Positions 1 to 13,360 of a stretch of 64,000 nt of DNA are shown piece by piece. The position numbers were made by a program, and so were the translations under genes. Numbering within the stretch: the stretch's first letter is position 1; each line of letters begins with the position of its first letter. A model generated the notes under the pieces. The model was not told the DNA's origin and made no database searches. It was given only the letters and a program-made list of their open reading frames with translations. Origin of the DNA: Phoronis australis (Eukaryota; Animalia; Phoronida); contig NMRA01000354.1 in NCBI GenBank assembly GCA_002633005.1, positions 248,001 through 312,000 of the forward strand. Reading direction: 5' to 3'.

Positions 1-787
1 GTCTTCGTGAAGTAAAATTTAGATTTCAACTTTGTGGTTGTCAAAAAGTAGTCTACCTAACACAGGTCCAGCTTGTACTCGTGTTTAGCCCACTGCAATA
101 TAATCTCATTAATGTAGGACACAATATGGTGGACAACTCAAGTGAAATTTTATTCTCTCAATTTTCATGAAAGGTGGGTATCTTGAAATTACGGTACCAT
201 AGTTACCGTCAGAAAATATTTTGAAAAATTTTGTGCTTCCACAGCAGTGTTATAAGACCTTGAAAACGGATAATTTCAGCGATTATTTTTGTTCGAAATG
301 GGTGAGATTTTATAGTAAGTTGGACTGTTTTGGTTTCAGGTAGATGAAATATTGATTTTATCTAGGAGCTGCTGTCGGAGACAGCTTTTTCACAGTTGCA
401 ACTGCAACCAGTAAATCCTTGCACCACGGTTGCCATATAGGTGTCCCATTAATTCCTTTCATGGTTTATTATTGGTTGCAATGCTGCTGTCTGACAAAGT
501 GCTGAGTACTGGCATAGCATGGGTATCTTTAAACTTTCGTTTTCAAAAAAATTGCCGTTTTCATCAATTTTTGTCTGGCTTCATTAAAGTGAAGGGGAAA
601 CCCTAGAAGCAAACCAGACGGAAAGTAATATTGAATTATTTTGAAAATTGTCAGATATTTTTAATCCTAAGTTTTGCTTTCGATGGAAAGAAATTTTGTC
701 AACTTTTCTGAAAAGTACTGTTGATTTAGATACGTTTGCAAACAGTAACCACTGACATTAACTTACTGCCTTGCTTGTATTTTTCAG

Positions 788-3700
788 GCCAGGAAACCCA
801 GGCCTATGTTTACCTCGCTGACTTACCTGTGGAGCAAGAAGGATAACATGGTGAGTGTAAAGTCAAACAGGTGTCATAGACGGGTTTAAGAGACCCTTTT
901 GGCCCTTCGCAAACTACCTTGCTGTAGGATGTAACATAATAATGCTGTCATTACGCTGTTTTAAGAGTTATACAGACCTTTTCCTTCGAAAATCATCGTT
1001 GGGTCCCCTCTTGGTCTGTGTTCTGTGACTGACCTTGTTTTTGAAATGATAAGTTACTTTATTACAACTGTTAGCTGAGGTGGACAGTCGAGAAAGGAAT
1101 GATGCATTGTGTCCCACCTTTGGTGTCTGTAGTTTGGTGTTGGCATTTCAGCTTGTTGAGTAATAGTGAAACTTATTGGGGGTAACCGATGGAACATGGT
1201 AATTAGCATGTCAGCAGTGTACAAGTGTGTTATGAGTGCAGGGGAGTCTACTACGTTTCAGAATGTGGATATTGTTGTCTGCCCCTCTCGACCAATACAT
1301 AGATTGAGCAGTAGTCGCTTCCTTGTTCCTTCTTTGTTAGATGGTATTTCGTAATCTTTACCTGGGACCAGGCCTTTATGCAGCGTACGTCCTGGGCGTC
1401 CATTTGGACGCCCTAGCACTAATCTGGACCCCCTGGCAAGGACGCCCAATGTATCATTTGGACGCCCACTGTCAATAGGAACCTTTCAAGTTTGGACTCA
1501 CACATTGTAATGAATACTAGGAAGCCTCTGAAGGCTCACAGTGGGGGCTCTTTTTTCAGAGCAAGAAGAAATATACAATGTATATACAAAGTATATGCAT
1601 TGTTGCTGTTTTGACACTTGATTGACAGCATTGTAAGACTTGGTCTACACAGTTTTTTTTAGTAAAAATGCTCACCATAGAAGGCTGTTTTATAAACTTA
1701 GATGTAAAAACCTTGATCTATGCATTTTTTGTAAAAAAATCTGTGTGTTTGGGAGTATTTCTGGGTGTGGGGGGTTACGCGTCAGAATCATGGATGCCAT
1801 GGAATATTGGGAACCCCATTTTGGACACCTTATTTTCAAAATCCTGGATAAAGGCCTGCCTGGGACACGGTTGAATGGCACCAACAGTGTTCAGTTGTTC
1901 TGGTCATTTTCCCTTGAAATTGATTCCTAAAACTGGCAATTAATGAGATTTGATGTTTTCGCATACTTAACTCTACAGTAGCTGTAGTGTGTTTAATGTT
2001 CCCATGCCTGTTTTTATAAACCTCGCTCACTTCATTTATTTAGTTAGTTCATCTGGCTGCTGGTTCCGAACTAGTGATGGAAGTGAGGATACTTGTATAG
2101 CAAGTTGTAACTCTGGAATCCATTAGTTGGTGTTGGGGTCACCAGCACACTGCAACCTGCTTGTTAGTATGGGGTGTTCTGAAAGCACTCTGTCGTGTTG
2201 GAATACAACACTGTATTGGGGTATACCAAACACACTGCAACCTTCTTGTTAGTACGGGGTGTTCTGACAGTAGTGTCTGTTGTGTTGGAATACACCCCTG
2301 TGTTGGGGGATCCAAATTGCATTCTGCTTGTTAGTACAGGATTTTCAGAAAACTGAGTCAGTGTGTTGGAATTCTCAGGAATGTAATGTCTAGGGGGAAC
2401 ACAAGGACAACTTATTTGTTTGAACTGGGTGTTTTGAAAGAAATGTCATTTTGTTGGATTTATCTAATATTCTCTATATTGATTGTAATGTGATTATTTC
2501 CTCCTTGTCATTGCGTTATACACACAGGTTTCGAAATTTTAATCTTGTCAAGATAGCAATTAATTTAATAACACTTCTACTATATAGTATCACTTTCTTA
2601 ATTTGGAGCACAATATTGTAAGAAAATAGAAGCATTTTAGGTTTCTCAGGAAAAGTATAATTCACTCATAGCATGGTATATATTGTACTGTTGATATTAA
2701 GAATTACCAGAGGGTGAACTTAACACTGGTACCAGAGGGTGTACTTAACACTGGTACTAGAGGTGTGTTGATATAAACTAAAGTAGCCGAACCTTTCAGA
2801 CTGACTTTGGTAATTAGGAGACACCAAAGTTATCACAGGTTGATGCGTGAATCATTCAAATTATTGCAAGACAGCGCTCAGAAAATGTTATTCAGGCATA
2901 GTTTGTTTTATTTGAAGCATCTTATATACGTGATTGGGTTGTAAATGAAATGAAGTGCTTATAGTGGTAAAATGGAGAATACCTGAGGGACAAAATTTTG
3001 TCAAATAGTAACACAATGCATGGCGTTATTTATTGCTACACCAGCGCCACAGAAGTTAAATGTTCATAGTGCGTCGAAGAGTCATCACTCCGATGTTTAA
3101 TCCCCTTGTTTACTGCAAAGTTGACTTGCGATGTTAACATCAATCCAGGATCAAAATTAGTTGCTGCAGACACTTGCCGAAACATCAACACATGGACATG
3201 GTATGAAAGGCCTTCCGGCATTTACAGCTATGTAGAAAGCAATTGAAAATGGGGAAATTTACATTTTGGTGTGAAAATCCAAGACTTTTTAATTGACCAA
3301 AGTGTCTTTGAGGATTGTGTTAGATAATCTTCAAGGATTTTTTACAAAAGGTAAAACGTGATCAAAACCATTTCTGTTAACGTTGAATTCAACAGCAGTT
3401 GAGGGAAGATTCCATTTTGCGTCACTCCATAATGACAGCGTTGCTGCCTGGAGTATCAGTTCTGTCGCTGACCTCAGCCAACACTAATTACGGGAAAGAC
3501 TCTTCGTCTGGTTCAGTGAGGAAAAAGGTGGGGACACTTGCAAAGAGTATCCATGGGTTCATTAGTAGGAATAACACAAGACGTGGACATGCTTATTGGT
3601 GTTGACGGTGATGTTTGTGATGATGTAAGTGTTGCCCATATTTCTAAACCCCTCTTAATAAGTAACAGATCACTTTACAATCAATACAAGACCATTATCA

Positions 3701-6700
3701 TTATTAAAACTGCATTAAGAAAGCGCTAAGACAGACAGGTACATTTAGTAAGACGTGCTAGAACAAAAGATAGCTTGCGAATATGTGCATTATTACAGTT
3801 GCGTATTTCTCTATGATGATGTCATAAAACAGGCGTTAGCAAGTCAGTTGTATTCTGATGTTTTCTGTTGTCAAACAATGCTTAAGGCTAGCGAGATAAT
3901 TGATTTTTTTTCCTACCCAATATGCGAGCCGTGGGGTCTTAGAGAAACAAAAGGTCGTATACTACTTGGTGATGTAGCTTATTCACTGGCTAGTTTAGGG
4001 ATGGTTGTTATGAGGCAAATGCAGTTAGTGAATTAAGTGGGATTATTTGGAGACAATGTCTGTCACATGTTAGACAGTAATGATTCATACATTTGACTGT
4101 GTATGATAAGCATTTATTTCTTGGATAACCATAGACAGATAAAATTGACCGTTCACGTGCTGTTTTTACCGTATATGGTGTACATCATATATTATCATTG
4201 CCAAAAAATGTGTTCTTGTCTGAGGCTTTTGTGGAAATTAGTGTCATGATTTTTCAGTTATCCATATTTTCAAACCAGAAAGTCCCCTTGTTACCTGATG
4301 CCATCTGAAATAGGCTGAGATCCTTCTTGCTGTAAACAGTGAGGCTTGCAGGTTTCAAAATAAATCGGGTGGAGACTAGAACTAGTTACGCTGTGTTTTG
4401 ACCTACCTAATGGGCAATCAACAGGTTGAGGTACCACATTTTATTGCTGAGCCCTTTGAGAATGCATAGGGTATGGTAAAATCATTATGGAATCATTGAT
4501 GAGGATAAGCTCACATGTTTGGCCTGGCGTAAACTGTTATTGGAATTCTAACAGCAATTAGTATGTGGACTGACTGAATTGATGAATTGGTCAGGTGTAC
4601 ATGTGTTGTTGCCGGGCTTACTTTGAAGTTAAGCCTTGAAGTAGTTGTTTGTTGATGGGATAGTTGGCGATCTGACTGATGTCTTCAGTGACAATTGCTC
4701 CTCTTCCGGAAATAAAAATACATCTACCAAAATCCAAATTTGAGGAATAAACCCCTGATCATTGTTTTATTTCAGGGGACGTCAGAGACCCCTAACAACA
4801 ACAACAAACGTCAGCTGAAATGTGAGGAAGGGGGCGGAGACTTCATCACCTCTGCCACGCCAACTCCGCTGAGGAAAAACTCGAGGCTGAGCATAACATC
4901 ACCAGCCCCAATTGAAAATAACCTGGACGAGAGGAATAATAATGTAGTGAAAAAGAAAAGCAAACGTCGAGGTAAGGGGCGTACCAGAGGTGCAGGTATC
5001 ACGGCACAAAGTCAACTAAAAATTTGTGCATTCAAAAGTCCTTGTATTTGTCCTTCAATCTTTTTTCCACTCAGTGAACTAAAAGTAGTCTCAACTTCTT
5101 TCCAAGCCTAGTCATTAAGTCTAATTAGAGATAATGGTATGTAGTCAAAAGACTTGTTAAGACGTTATCTGTGACACGACGCAAGATGATTTGTGTCCAG
5201 TGACCGTTTACACAGTCACACACACAGGTCAGAAATGGTGGCAGAGCAGAAGTGGTCGCATACATAAGGTTACAAATGGCAGTAGTTGAAGTTTATGTTG
5301 CTATAGGAATGTTTAGCATGTTATATCACAAATTCGCCATTTGCAGCTCAAATTACTTTTTGTCTCCTTTTGTGGGAAAACAATTTCGATGTCTCCTTTT
5401 GTGGCTATAACAGTGAAACTAATACCCTGGAAAATCGTAGAAAAAGATTATTTTATCATGAAAAACTCATAGAAAGTGGAAGCACATTCTGGAAATTGAA
5501 AATCGTCTCATTTCTTGGAAAACCTGTGGGAAATGAAAACGCAATGAGTGGAAACCAGAGCTTAGCCTTGGTGGTCTGTTATTACGTACCGTGTTGGTCT
5601 GTTGATAAAGGGTAGCCTTGTTGGTCGGTTATTACATACCTTGATGGTTTAGTGTTAAAGGGTAAACTAGACGGTCTGTTATTACATTGTTGGTCTGTTG
5701 GTATGGAGTAACCTTGTCAGTCTTTTATTACGTTGTCGGTCCTTTGCTAAAGAAAATTTCATTCGCGTTACAGGAAGGCGACGTCGCAACAGCCGAGCCC
5801 AGAAAGCGTCTGCTGCTGCTTCAGCCGAGGAGTCAACTCAGACGATGGCTGGGGCACTGTTCTCGCCAATCTATAAATTGTTGGGCCAGACGGGTCAGTA
5901 TTGTAGTGTTAGACTGACGTGTTTGGAGGAGGAGGGGAGGGCTATGTTATGGGAAAAGTCGTTCCTCAATACTGAAGCTGTAAGGTTATGTAGGACTTTA
6001 CTGATAATTCTGTGTATTTAGCGCTTTCTGAAAGAAGAAAGCTTGTAGAATTTGATTTTTGACTTTACCAATCTGACCAAGGGACGACTCGTTAACATGT
6101 CTTTAGCAAAAAGGAAGGTACATCGTAAAATTTTACAACAGAAAAAATATTTCTATCACATAAGTCAATTTATTTGTAGAATGATAGGTCAACTAGAAAA
6201 TTTTCCTTTCTTGTCATTGGTCATTCCAAGCCTTGTACCAGTCTAACACTGTTTCTTCTCTTCACTACTGTATGAGTGTAGGAGTTTGACCGACCATGTT
6301 GTGTTCATTACTGCTGTGTGTGTGGGGGAGTTTGACTGATCATGTTGTGTTCATTACAGAGGATGATGAGGACGCTGCCAACGGCAACGTTGCCAAGAAA
6401 CTCAATATGAACGGTGTAAATGGCACGTCGGACAGTGATAGCGACAACACATCGTCAAGTAAGTTTCCTCTTAACACCTATGACGAGAATAACTAATGAA
6501 GGCATTGTGAATTGATGGCAAGGTGATGACATCTTTTTTGCCAATTAGGTGGTCTCCATGCATTCGCATATGTGGGTGTGTCTTGTTCAGTGCTGGTCAT
6601 TTGGATGTTGTCGTGTTCATCTTCTAGTCTGGCGATGCTATTTGAAACGTTAAAGTTATATTGAGTGGTGTTAGGTAGTAATGTGATCATTATTTTGGGA

Positions 6701-9700
6701 CATCCTGATTCATACTACAATGAGTGTCAAATGTTTCGATTTAAAGGGGAAGGCAACCGTTTTAGCGTCATTTTGGTTAAATTATGACATTTGGGTTATC
6801 CTAGATAAGTTTTCGTGGTAATTAGATTTCCCGGTTCTAATTAATTATACGTATGTCACTCCTGAATTGACGTTCGTGGCCCAAATTATTCCGTGCTTGC
6901 TTAAGTACACACCCTTCAGGCTGTGTTGGACATTTGATGTGTCATTGTGTACGTCAGCTTCTGCTCGTAACAAGTTAAACTGTTACTTGCCATTCTTTGA
7001 TTATTATTATTTAGCATGCCTGACAAGATACGTCAGAATGGACCTGTTTATGTCAAGAATGCAGAATTCCAACTTGGCTGTTTATGTGATTCGTGTTCTT
7101 GTGGTTGCCAGCTCCAACCATTTATCATCTATTGCACATTAAATGATCACTTAATCCCACTCGGTTGAGTTCTAATTCAATCTCGGTTTGCAAATAATTT
7201 AATTTTTTAAACTAGTATGCTATCAACAGATGCCCACATCAGGTTGTTGCACAAACAAAGGTTGCGGCGGAATGATTTGAGCACAAACATCATGTACGAA
7301 TAATTAATTAGCACCCTGGAGGAATTTATTATACTTGAAATTTATCTGGGATAACTAGTAAATGGTAATTTAATCAAAAATGTCTCTGATATGGTTGCCT
7401 CCCCCCTAAATTTTGAGTTCTTAAAAAATTGAGTATCGTTCTTCAGTTTCTGTGGTTAGACCAAAAAAACAATTGGTTCTGGTCTGTACCTTGACTCATT
7501 GTGAGACTGCACTCACTGACCAGAAAGAACATCCATCTGTGTCAATTTAACCAAGGTCTGGTGTTTTTGCTTGAAAAGCTGCACACAGGCACATAATCAA
7601 GATTTTAAACCCCATGATCTGTCTAGCAATGAGTAACAAAACAAAATCTCTTACGGGGATTTTATTTTTTGAAAACGTGAGCAACTAAAAAATACTGTAC
7701 CAGTGGCTCGATTTTCAAAAACAAATTACTGACCAGAACTGTAGGTGTTATTTGGTGCGGAATAGATCACTTCGTTCTATTTTGTCTTTGTAGATAGCAT
7801 TATGAACTGTAAAAATGGAAAATGTAGGGTGAAATGCAAAACTTGAACAAACCTGAATTGTGTACTGGATTTCAACTGGAATTCATCATTTGTTGTTTGA
7901 ACAGATTGAAAGTCTTCCAGTCTTATCATTTGACAAAAGCTTTATTTACCTGTCCTCGCTAGTTCTAGACCCTCAGGACATGTTTGTTTTTGTAGTGAAG
8001 TGACTCGAAGCTGAGATTTAAAGCGTCCTTAAACTGATTTCTCCGCTAGTAATCTTCTGCGTCTAGATGTTACTTTAACATCTGCTCCATGAGCAATTGG
8101 AGTTGATCACAATTCATTGTAAAAGATTTATGTAAATGGTATGATATTGTGTTTGATAAGAATTGAATGTTAATGGTTATATAGTCGTGTAAGGTTTATT
8201 ATCAGTTATAATATTTTATGTGATTTTTTATTACTGAGCCTTGATAAATGAGCTAAAACAGGTATTCCGTGAATGATGATCAAAGTGATATTAAATTCAC
8301 GATCATGTATCATAAGCCTGATATGAATTCATATCGACCGAAAGTGCAGTGTATTGTTTTGTTCATTTCTGCTGTCTGTAAAAACGTGATTCTTGTTGTG
8401 TATGACAGGCAAGGACAGTCACGTGAACTACTGTGTAGTGGAGGAAGAGGCAGCGGCGTGCGAGGAGCTTGCCATGGATGAGGAGAACTACCCTGACATT
8501 GCACAGACGTATGATTTCAACTACGACGACGTCTATGAGTCAGCGATGGTGGGGGTGGAGGGTGATGGGGGCGTGGTCTGTATGCGAGATGAAGAGGTGG
8601 AGGTAGAGGAACAGTATGAAGAGTGGGAGACCTTTGACCCGTGAGTCCTTGTCGCAGTAACTTCTGGGAAATTGCCAATGAATTTTCAGTCATAAGTGAA
8701 ATCTAGTCGAATTTACCTGCCATCCCAAAAAGCTTTTGATATAGACCAGTTACCGTTGTGAAATTGGTCTCAAATTGTAAGTGTTTTTTTATTGTTATCA
8801 TGATAAAGAATCTTCAGTTTAGTTTCATCAAGTTGTCTAGTATGTTTATTCTTTTTAAAAAAAAATTCTGTATTTGTTGTTGTCCAGAATTTTGCCTATT
8901 TTTACTGTTTGTCGATTTTTACCGTTTCAATTCATTTTTAATGTATCAGATTCTGCGAATTGCTTATTAATTTTAAAGGTTACTGTTTGAAAGTCTATTG
9001 TTGTTAACATATTCTAAATTTGCTGAAAATGGAGTCCTGTTTCCAATAGTACTCAGCATATGATGTGATACCTGCTCAGTGTCATTTCTGTTCTATGTGC
9101 GAAGTGTTAGTTTTCTAAGTCTTCAGTCAGACCTCGCAGAAGCCACACCAATGTAATTTTATCTGCCATGTGATGCTTCATGGAGTATCTGCCACCCCTT
9201 AAAGATAATTGGACCCTTCCTAGTCTGATCTTTCCATCACTTTTAGGTATTACTTCATAAAGCACCTGCCACCCCTCACAGACGATATGAGAGCTGCCCA
9301 GCCGGCACTACCACTGAAAACTAGGAGCACACCAGAGTTTTCACTAGTTTTAGATTTGGTAAGTGTAAAACTGAGTAATTAAGACAGGGAACACCACGTG
9401 CCATTGTGTTTCCAGTTAGCCACTGACAGACAAAACTCGACTCGGTGTGCTTTGTCTTGTGATTTGTATAAAATTACTCTAAGCCTTTTTCAAGGCAAAA
9501 ATGAACATAAATTTGTCATGATCATTTCCACTCTGGCATAGAATGGCTTGGAATCATTGGCTTTTCCGTTCATTTTAAACAGACTGGAACCGTCTTTGTC
9601 ATCTAAATTGTTCTACTAAATGTATTTTAAGGCATCTACAGCTTGGTTCTTAGCTTTTTGTTTTTGCTCTGTATACCAAGGTGACATGTTGTAAATTGCT

Positions 9701-12700
9701 GCCCCTCTGCATAGGTCTAATGTCATTTTACTTTCTTCAGTCTTTCCTTGTTGTAAAGTTATCCAACCTGTTGCAGGATGAGACACTAGTCCACTGTAGT
9801 CTACAAGAGTTAGAGGATGCTTCGTTCACCTTCCCTGTGCTTTTTCAAGGTGTAACATATCAGGTAAGGTATTTAGTTGTGGCTTTGTTGTTACAACACG
9901 ATGGAGCAGACTAGAGACAGTGAAGAGATTATTGGCAACTAGTTCTTTATCAGTGCACGTTGGTTCAGTCAAAGATGTATTTGCATGCTCTTAACTATGC
10001 TAATGTATAGCAGGAACTAAAGACAATGCTATTTGAACATCATCTACACTAAACAAAGTGCAGTTGCATTCATTGACAACTTCTAAATGTGAAAACAAAA
10101 ATTCTGCAAATAGGTGATCTTTCCACTAATGACTTACCTTGGGGGCTCACATAGTCCGCATCATGCAGTGTTATTCCACAACACCACGTCACAATATTTA
10201 CTGGATACGGTTGAGTGATTTGTGGCAGATGACTTTGGACACAAAACTTGTTCTTAAAAGCATTTGGCAATTTTCAACCTAAGTCATATTCACATCATCA
10301 CTATATGTTGTGTTTCTAACTAATTTGACTAAGCAATCACAGAGATAAGGAATTAGCGTGCAAGTTCCACTGTACAGGAATTATGTGACGCCTCGTCTAC
10401 ACTAGACATGTTTCCCTTGGTTTTGTCCCGTAGGTGATGTGAGGCACTGTACACACGTTAGTGATATCCGATTGGATTGATTTCTGGATAGTGATCTTGC
10501 TGAATGAGACAAATTAAGATTTACATCTGTGTACAGAACTGTTGGCATGTCGTGTTCGGATTAAATTTCACTTGGGTGTGTCCCAGAAGAACAGCTAGTG
10601 ACTGGCCTTAGATCAGTTCAATCGGTAATCTAGAGAATTCAAACATGCTGGTACTCTTTATGTCATAAAATTCAAAACATTGCGTCTCGGCATCACACAG
10701 TCTCCCTATAAGCCAAACCTGTATAGATCGTGTTCTACAGGAAGAGTTGTTGTGGAGACGCCTCTCACTACTCGGCATGTGTCCCACCGTCATGCATTCA
10801 GCCATTGTGTTCCACCGTCATGCATTCAGCCACTGTGTCCCACGTCGTGCATTCAGCCATTTTGTATAGTTCTATCTGCTATAAAGGATGGTGGTTATTT
10901 TGCCATTGGCTACGATCTCTTCTTTACATCAGGTGTTTGTGCGAACCCGGCCGCATTTCGAGGAGTTTCTGTCGCGTGTGTCCCAGCTATTCGAGGTCAT
11001 CCTGTTCACGGCTTCCAAGAAGGTCTACGCTGACAAATTGATGAATCTCCTTGACCCTGACAAGAAGTGGATCAGGTAAGGCTCCTGTCTAGCAGATTTT
11101 TGGCAAAGTTGTCGATATATTCTACATACGCTGTGTTCTCCAGGGCTGGTAATATACTCAACTTGAACTCTCTTGGTGTGTACAAAATTATAGTGAAACT
11201 TTTGAATATAAAGTGCAAACTATTGTGATACTGAGTCAGTTACAGCTAATGTACATAATGTGTTTTGAAACACAATTCACTTACTTTCTTTTAATGGCCG
11301 TTATACTTTCACCAATTTAAAGTAAAATTTATCAGGGATAATGTCTTATCTGTTCTTTTTTGGCAATATGACTTCATACTTGGGAAAGAAAAACTGAAAC
11401 TTTCATGACACTGTTTCTTTGTTTTCAACACAAATTCGAAACGAAATCCCATGCTTTCTTGTAATACAACTGGCTTCGCTGTCGAGTCTGAAGTCGCATA
11501 ATTGGGATTGTTAGGTCTTGTAGTTATTTCACTGAATAACTTTATATGTCTCTACATTTCTCTATGTTATACCTCACTCCATAGGATCTTCATTTCTCTA
11601 TGTTATACCTCACTCCATATGATGTTCATTTCTCTATGTTATACCTCACTCCATATGATCTTCATTTCTCTATGTTATACCTCACTCCATATGATCTTCT
11701 TTTCTCTATGTTATACCTCACTCCATATGATCTTCATTTCTCTATGTTATACCTCACTTCATATGATCTTCATTCCGTCGCAGGCACCGGTTATTCAGAG
11801 AGCACTGCATTTGTGTAAACGGTAACTACATCAAAGATCTCCACATCCTTGGTCGCGATCTCTCTAAGACTATCATCATTGATAACTCACCACAGGCATT
11901 TGGTTACCACGTGAGTGTTGCAAATGGTCGAATCACGTTATTTTTTTGCTGGTGGGTAGGGGTTCTTGTACCAGGATGCGATAGAAGTCAATTTTCTACG
12001 GGTGCTGTCCTACATTTTCCAACACAACACTGATTACAACAAGCTAAAATGGCAGTATTCAAACTGGAATAAATCAAATTGGTTGTAGTAAATCTTGGCG
12101 TTTGTCAATGAGCTCCATTCAGTCCCTGGTGTTGTCATGTAATGAGGAACACTAATTAGCCATATTAATGAACCAAAACAAAGGCTTCTGCCCCAAAACC
12201 ATGCTTTTCATAGGTGGCACTGCATATGGCTCCTAGAGATTTGTCATTTTTGTTAATGATTGCAGTTTTTGATTTGAGGAGGTGCGATGCTGAGTTTCAC
12301 CGAATGTTGTACATTTCGATGTATTATGACTATGTGACTAAAAGTGGTATCTCAACTTTAAACCCACTCATTCTGTTATGTCGACTAGGGATGAACAGCT
12401 TCAGTGCGTGGTACTTGTGTGCTGAAGCTAAACTAGATGAGTCCGTTTGTATGAAGTTGACGCTGATGGTTAGGTTTGTTTTCAGCTTGAAAATGGTATA
12501 CCCATCGAGAGCTGGTTTGTGGACAAGTCTGACAAAGAGCTAATGAACTGTCTGCCTTTCTTGGAAGGACTTGTTAAAATGGTGAGTTGACCTAAGTGTT
12601 GTGTAAACCATAATCATCCTTGTGGCTTACAAGTGCAGGCAATTGATTTTGTAAGTTTTCTGAATGTGAATCTGTTCTTTGTGTTGGTACAGTCGCATTT

Positions 12701-13360
12701 CAACAGACCCTCACAGGACCTTTGCGAAATGTCATTGTAACCAATGTTGGCTACCCTAACTGAAGCAGTTTGTGCACAGTGCAATTGACCTGAAACTAAG
12801 AGAAATAGAGCATTTTGACTGTCAGAGCAAATGTATTCTAACCCAACTCAGTGATGGACTGGTTGAACGATTACTGTTTTTTTATCTGTTTGTGTCGGCC
12901 TTTACACACGTTTGAATGCTTAATGCATTTACAAGTAGTTGCCATCTGTGTGCGTGTGGGCTGAATTACAATTCAGCGGTTGAACCAAAGAGACTTCGTG
13001 TAGTTAATTCGTGTTGAGTGTGGTAATTCTGGTTCATTTTTCAGTTGTACCTCGTTACTATAGAAAGTCTGGATTATAACGTTCACATGCTTAAAACACT
13101 ATCTCTCAAGACTTGAGCCAACTGTTCTGTGTACAGTTTGATTTGGTTATGGAAATTTTTGGTTATATTTTACAAGTTCCAGGAAGATTCGTTGCTACAT
13201 GGTTTGACTGGTAACTTGCATTTTGAACGTGGTATTTTACCGAGGTTGCTGCCAAAACATTGGTCTTGTTAGTCAGTGTCTTATTGTCTTGCAGAATAAA
13301 GATGTGCGACCGTTCATAAAGGAAAGATACCGTCTGTTCGACATGCTACCAAAGGATTAG
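788..13360 (+). CDS. CTDSPL2: CTD small phosphatase-like protein 2 (SCP4, HAD-family FCP/SCP phosphatase); 11 coding exons in window, probably 5'-partial
   Basis: Exons read by hand with AG/GT boundaries and consistent phases: 788-850, 4776-4971, 5774-5893, 6360-6458, 8409-8640, 9247-9358, 9777-9863, 10933-11075, 11784-11910, 12486-12581, 13295-13360 (TAG); 1341 nt in total. Translation includes [53 protein letters not shown] (DxDxT catalytic motif), [40 protein letters not shown] and NGIPIESWF, matching the CTDSPL2 family as I recall it. Exon 788-850 is the least certain. Confidence 0.93.
1369..1858. mobile_element. Non-autonomous hAT-like DNA transposon (MITE), 490 bp
   Basis: 15-bp TIRs CAGGCCTTTATGCAG (1369) and CTGGATAAAGGCCTG (ends 1858), one mismatch. 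Perfect 8-bp TSD CCTGGGAC at 1361-1368 and 1859-1866. Internal GGACGCCC repeats and palindrome. Confidence 0.85.
2131..2375. repeat. Degenerate ~80-85-bp tandem repeat (about 3 copies), intronic
   Basis: Recurrent blocks TGTTGGGG..ACC..CACACTGCAACC..CTTGTTAGTA.GGGGTGTTCTGA...GTGTTGGAAT. Confidence 0.7.
2705..2765. repeat. 25-bp tandem repeat (about 2.5 copies)
   Basis: TACCAGAGGGTG(A/T)ACTTAACACTGG repeated. Confidence 0.7.
5563..5752. repeat. Degenerate ~50-bp tandem repeat (4 copies) just upstream of a splice acceptor
   Basis: Units start TAGCCTTG or TAACCTTG-like at 5563, 5613, 5663 and 5709, with shared GGTCTGTTATTAC. Confidence 0.7.
6745..7406. mobile_element. Putative PIF/Harbinger-like MITE
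   Basis: TIR AGGGGAAGGCAACC (6745) versus GGTTGCCTCCCCCC (7393-7406), two mismatches. TAA on both flanks (6742-6744, 7407-7409). Confidence 0.5.
10778..10860. repeat. 28-bp tandem repeat, 3 copies
   Basis: TGTGT(C/T)CCACCGTCATGCATTCAGCCA(T/C) x3, third copy slightly degenerate. Confidence 0.85.
11555..11774. repeat. 36-bp minisatellite, 6 copies, abutting a 3' splice site
   Basis: CATTTCTCTATGTTATACCTCACTCCATATGATCTT x6 with at most one substitution per unit. It ends just before the acceptor CAG at 11781-11783. Confidence 0.95.

Noticed and set aside
8265-8330. C/D-box snoRNA-like ATGATGA...CTGA about 87 nt upstream of an acceptor
   Set aside because: Only about 49 nt from box C to box D, a weak terminal stem and no recognisable rRNA antisense element.
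11502-11825. Repetitive ORFs ([12 protein letters not shown])n and a CRISPR-like 36-bp periodicity
   Set aside because: Head-to-tail minisatellite with no spacers, inside a CTDSPL2 intron. The ORFs arise only because the unit length is a multiple of 3.
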